Shown: piece by piece, positions 24,963-25,354 of the stretch | Position numbering within the stretch: the stretch's first letter is position 1 | Layout: each line of letters begins with the position of its first letter | Source: a virus | Taxonomy: Duplodnaviria; Caudoviricetes | DNA: 25,354 nucleotides | Strand: one strand, 5' to 3' | Virus record (IMG/VR): IMGVR_UViG_3300011113_000104 | Coordinates: 1-25,354 of that record | Translations under genes and position numbers: made by a program | The notes under the pieces: model-generated | Seen by the model: only the letters and a program-made list of their open reading frames with translations | The model's database searches: none | What the model was told of the DNA's origin: nothing

Positions 24963-25217
24963 CTACGCTGCGAATACTTCGCTACAAAGTTGCGCTGCTT
25001 CATCACATTCCACCCTTGCCTGTGTCTCAATCCAGACATGAGCGCCACATGACAGAGGCTTGTCAGGACTGTAAACGATTTCCGAATCACCATGTATCTT
25101 CACACGATGAGCATACATATTACTCTTATAAGTCTTAACTGTCAAGACAGGTAAGTTATCCCCTGTCTTGCGGTTATGCTTGATGTTGTGCTGATTTACA
25201 TGGATGATTGTTTTCAT
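24963..25217 (-). CDS. Conserved phage hypothetical protein (IHVNQH...LSCGA.VWIET)
   Basis: 84-aa ORF with a motif I recognise from aquatic phages; ATGA overlap upstream. Confidence 0.7.
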   Translation of the reverse strand: MKTIIHVNQHNIKHNRKTGDNLPVLTVKTYKSNMYAHRVKIHGDSEIVYSPDKPLSCGAHVWIETQARVECDEAAQLCSEVFAA

Positions 25218-25354
25218 AATGTCCCTGCCTGTACAATAAATATCTCAGGAATAAAGTCTACCATACTCTTGAGTTTTGTCAAGGAAGTCTTAGGTGAAAT
25301 GCTATCGCCTTCCTCGTCAGTACCCAAGACCAGTGCCTTGCCACACAAAGGTGT
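25214..25354 (-). CDS. Hypothetical protein, C-terminal fragment (DUF3846-like)
   Basis: Open to the window edge: TPLCGKALVLGTDEEGDSISPKTSLTKLKSMVDFIPEIFIVQAGTL*. Confidence 0.55.
   Translation of the reverse strand, partial: TPLCGKALVLGTDEEGDSISPKTSLTKLKSMVDFIPEIFIVQAGTL

Noticed and set aside
14631-25138. Plus-strand and alternate-frame ORFs within the replication arm (e.g. 14726-15067, 18029-18415, 20004-20351, 22329-22736)
   Set aside because: Mostly contained within or antisense to conserved genes, with no recognisable protein features.
1-25354. tRNA genes, introns/inteins in polA, helicase or nrdJ, and stop-codon recoding
   Set aside because: Intergenic gaps are too short for tRNAs, the enzymes are compact and uninterrupted, and conserved genes read through in the standard code.

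Overview
A 25 kb piece of a tailed dsDNA podovirus-like phage genome, with T7/P22-like modules and no RNA polymerase, integrase or capsid gene in view. It has two convergent arms. The + strand (1-14075) carries late genes: a lectin/SPRY-type tail fibre and chaperone, small membrane and lysine-rich microproteins, tail adaptor and nozzle, a collar-domain fibre, a GNAT-like protein, four internal virion (ejection) proteins, and a lysis cassette (membrane protein, holin, GH24 lysozyme). The - strand (14052-25354) carries early and replication genes: class II RNR, DUF3310, metallophosphoesterase, resolvase, 5'-3' exonuclease, SSB, family A DNA polymerase, primase-helicase and many small ORFs, preceded by near-consensus sigma70 promoters. 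The most notable observations are: (i) an apparently split large ejection protein whose only cysteines face each other across the gene junction; (ii) a 15-bp palindrome repeated identically three times in the replication arm, once inside polA, plus a co-varying fourth copy just downstream of a strong promoter; (iii) a perfect TTGACA-N17-TATAAT promoter hidden inside a tail gene; and (iv) a probably leaderless DNA polymerase mRNA. All family assignments come from motif recognition by eye; no database searches were run.
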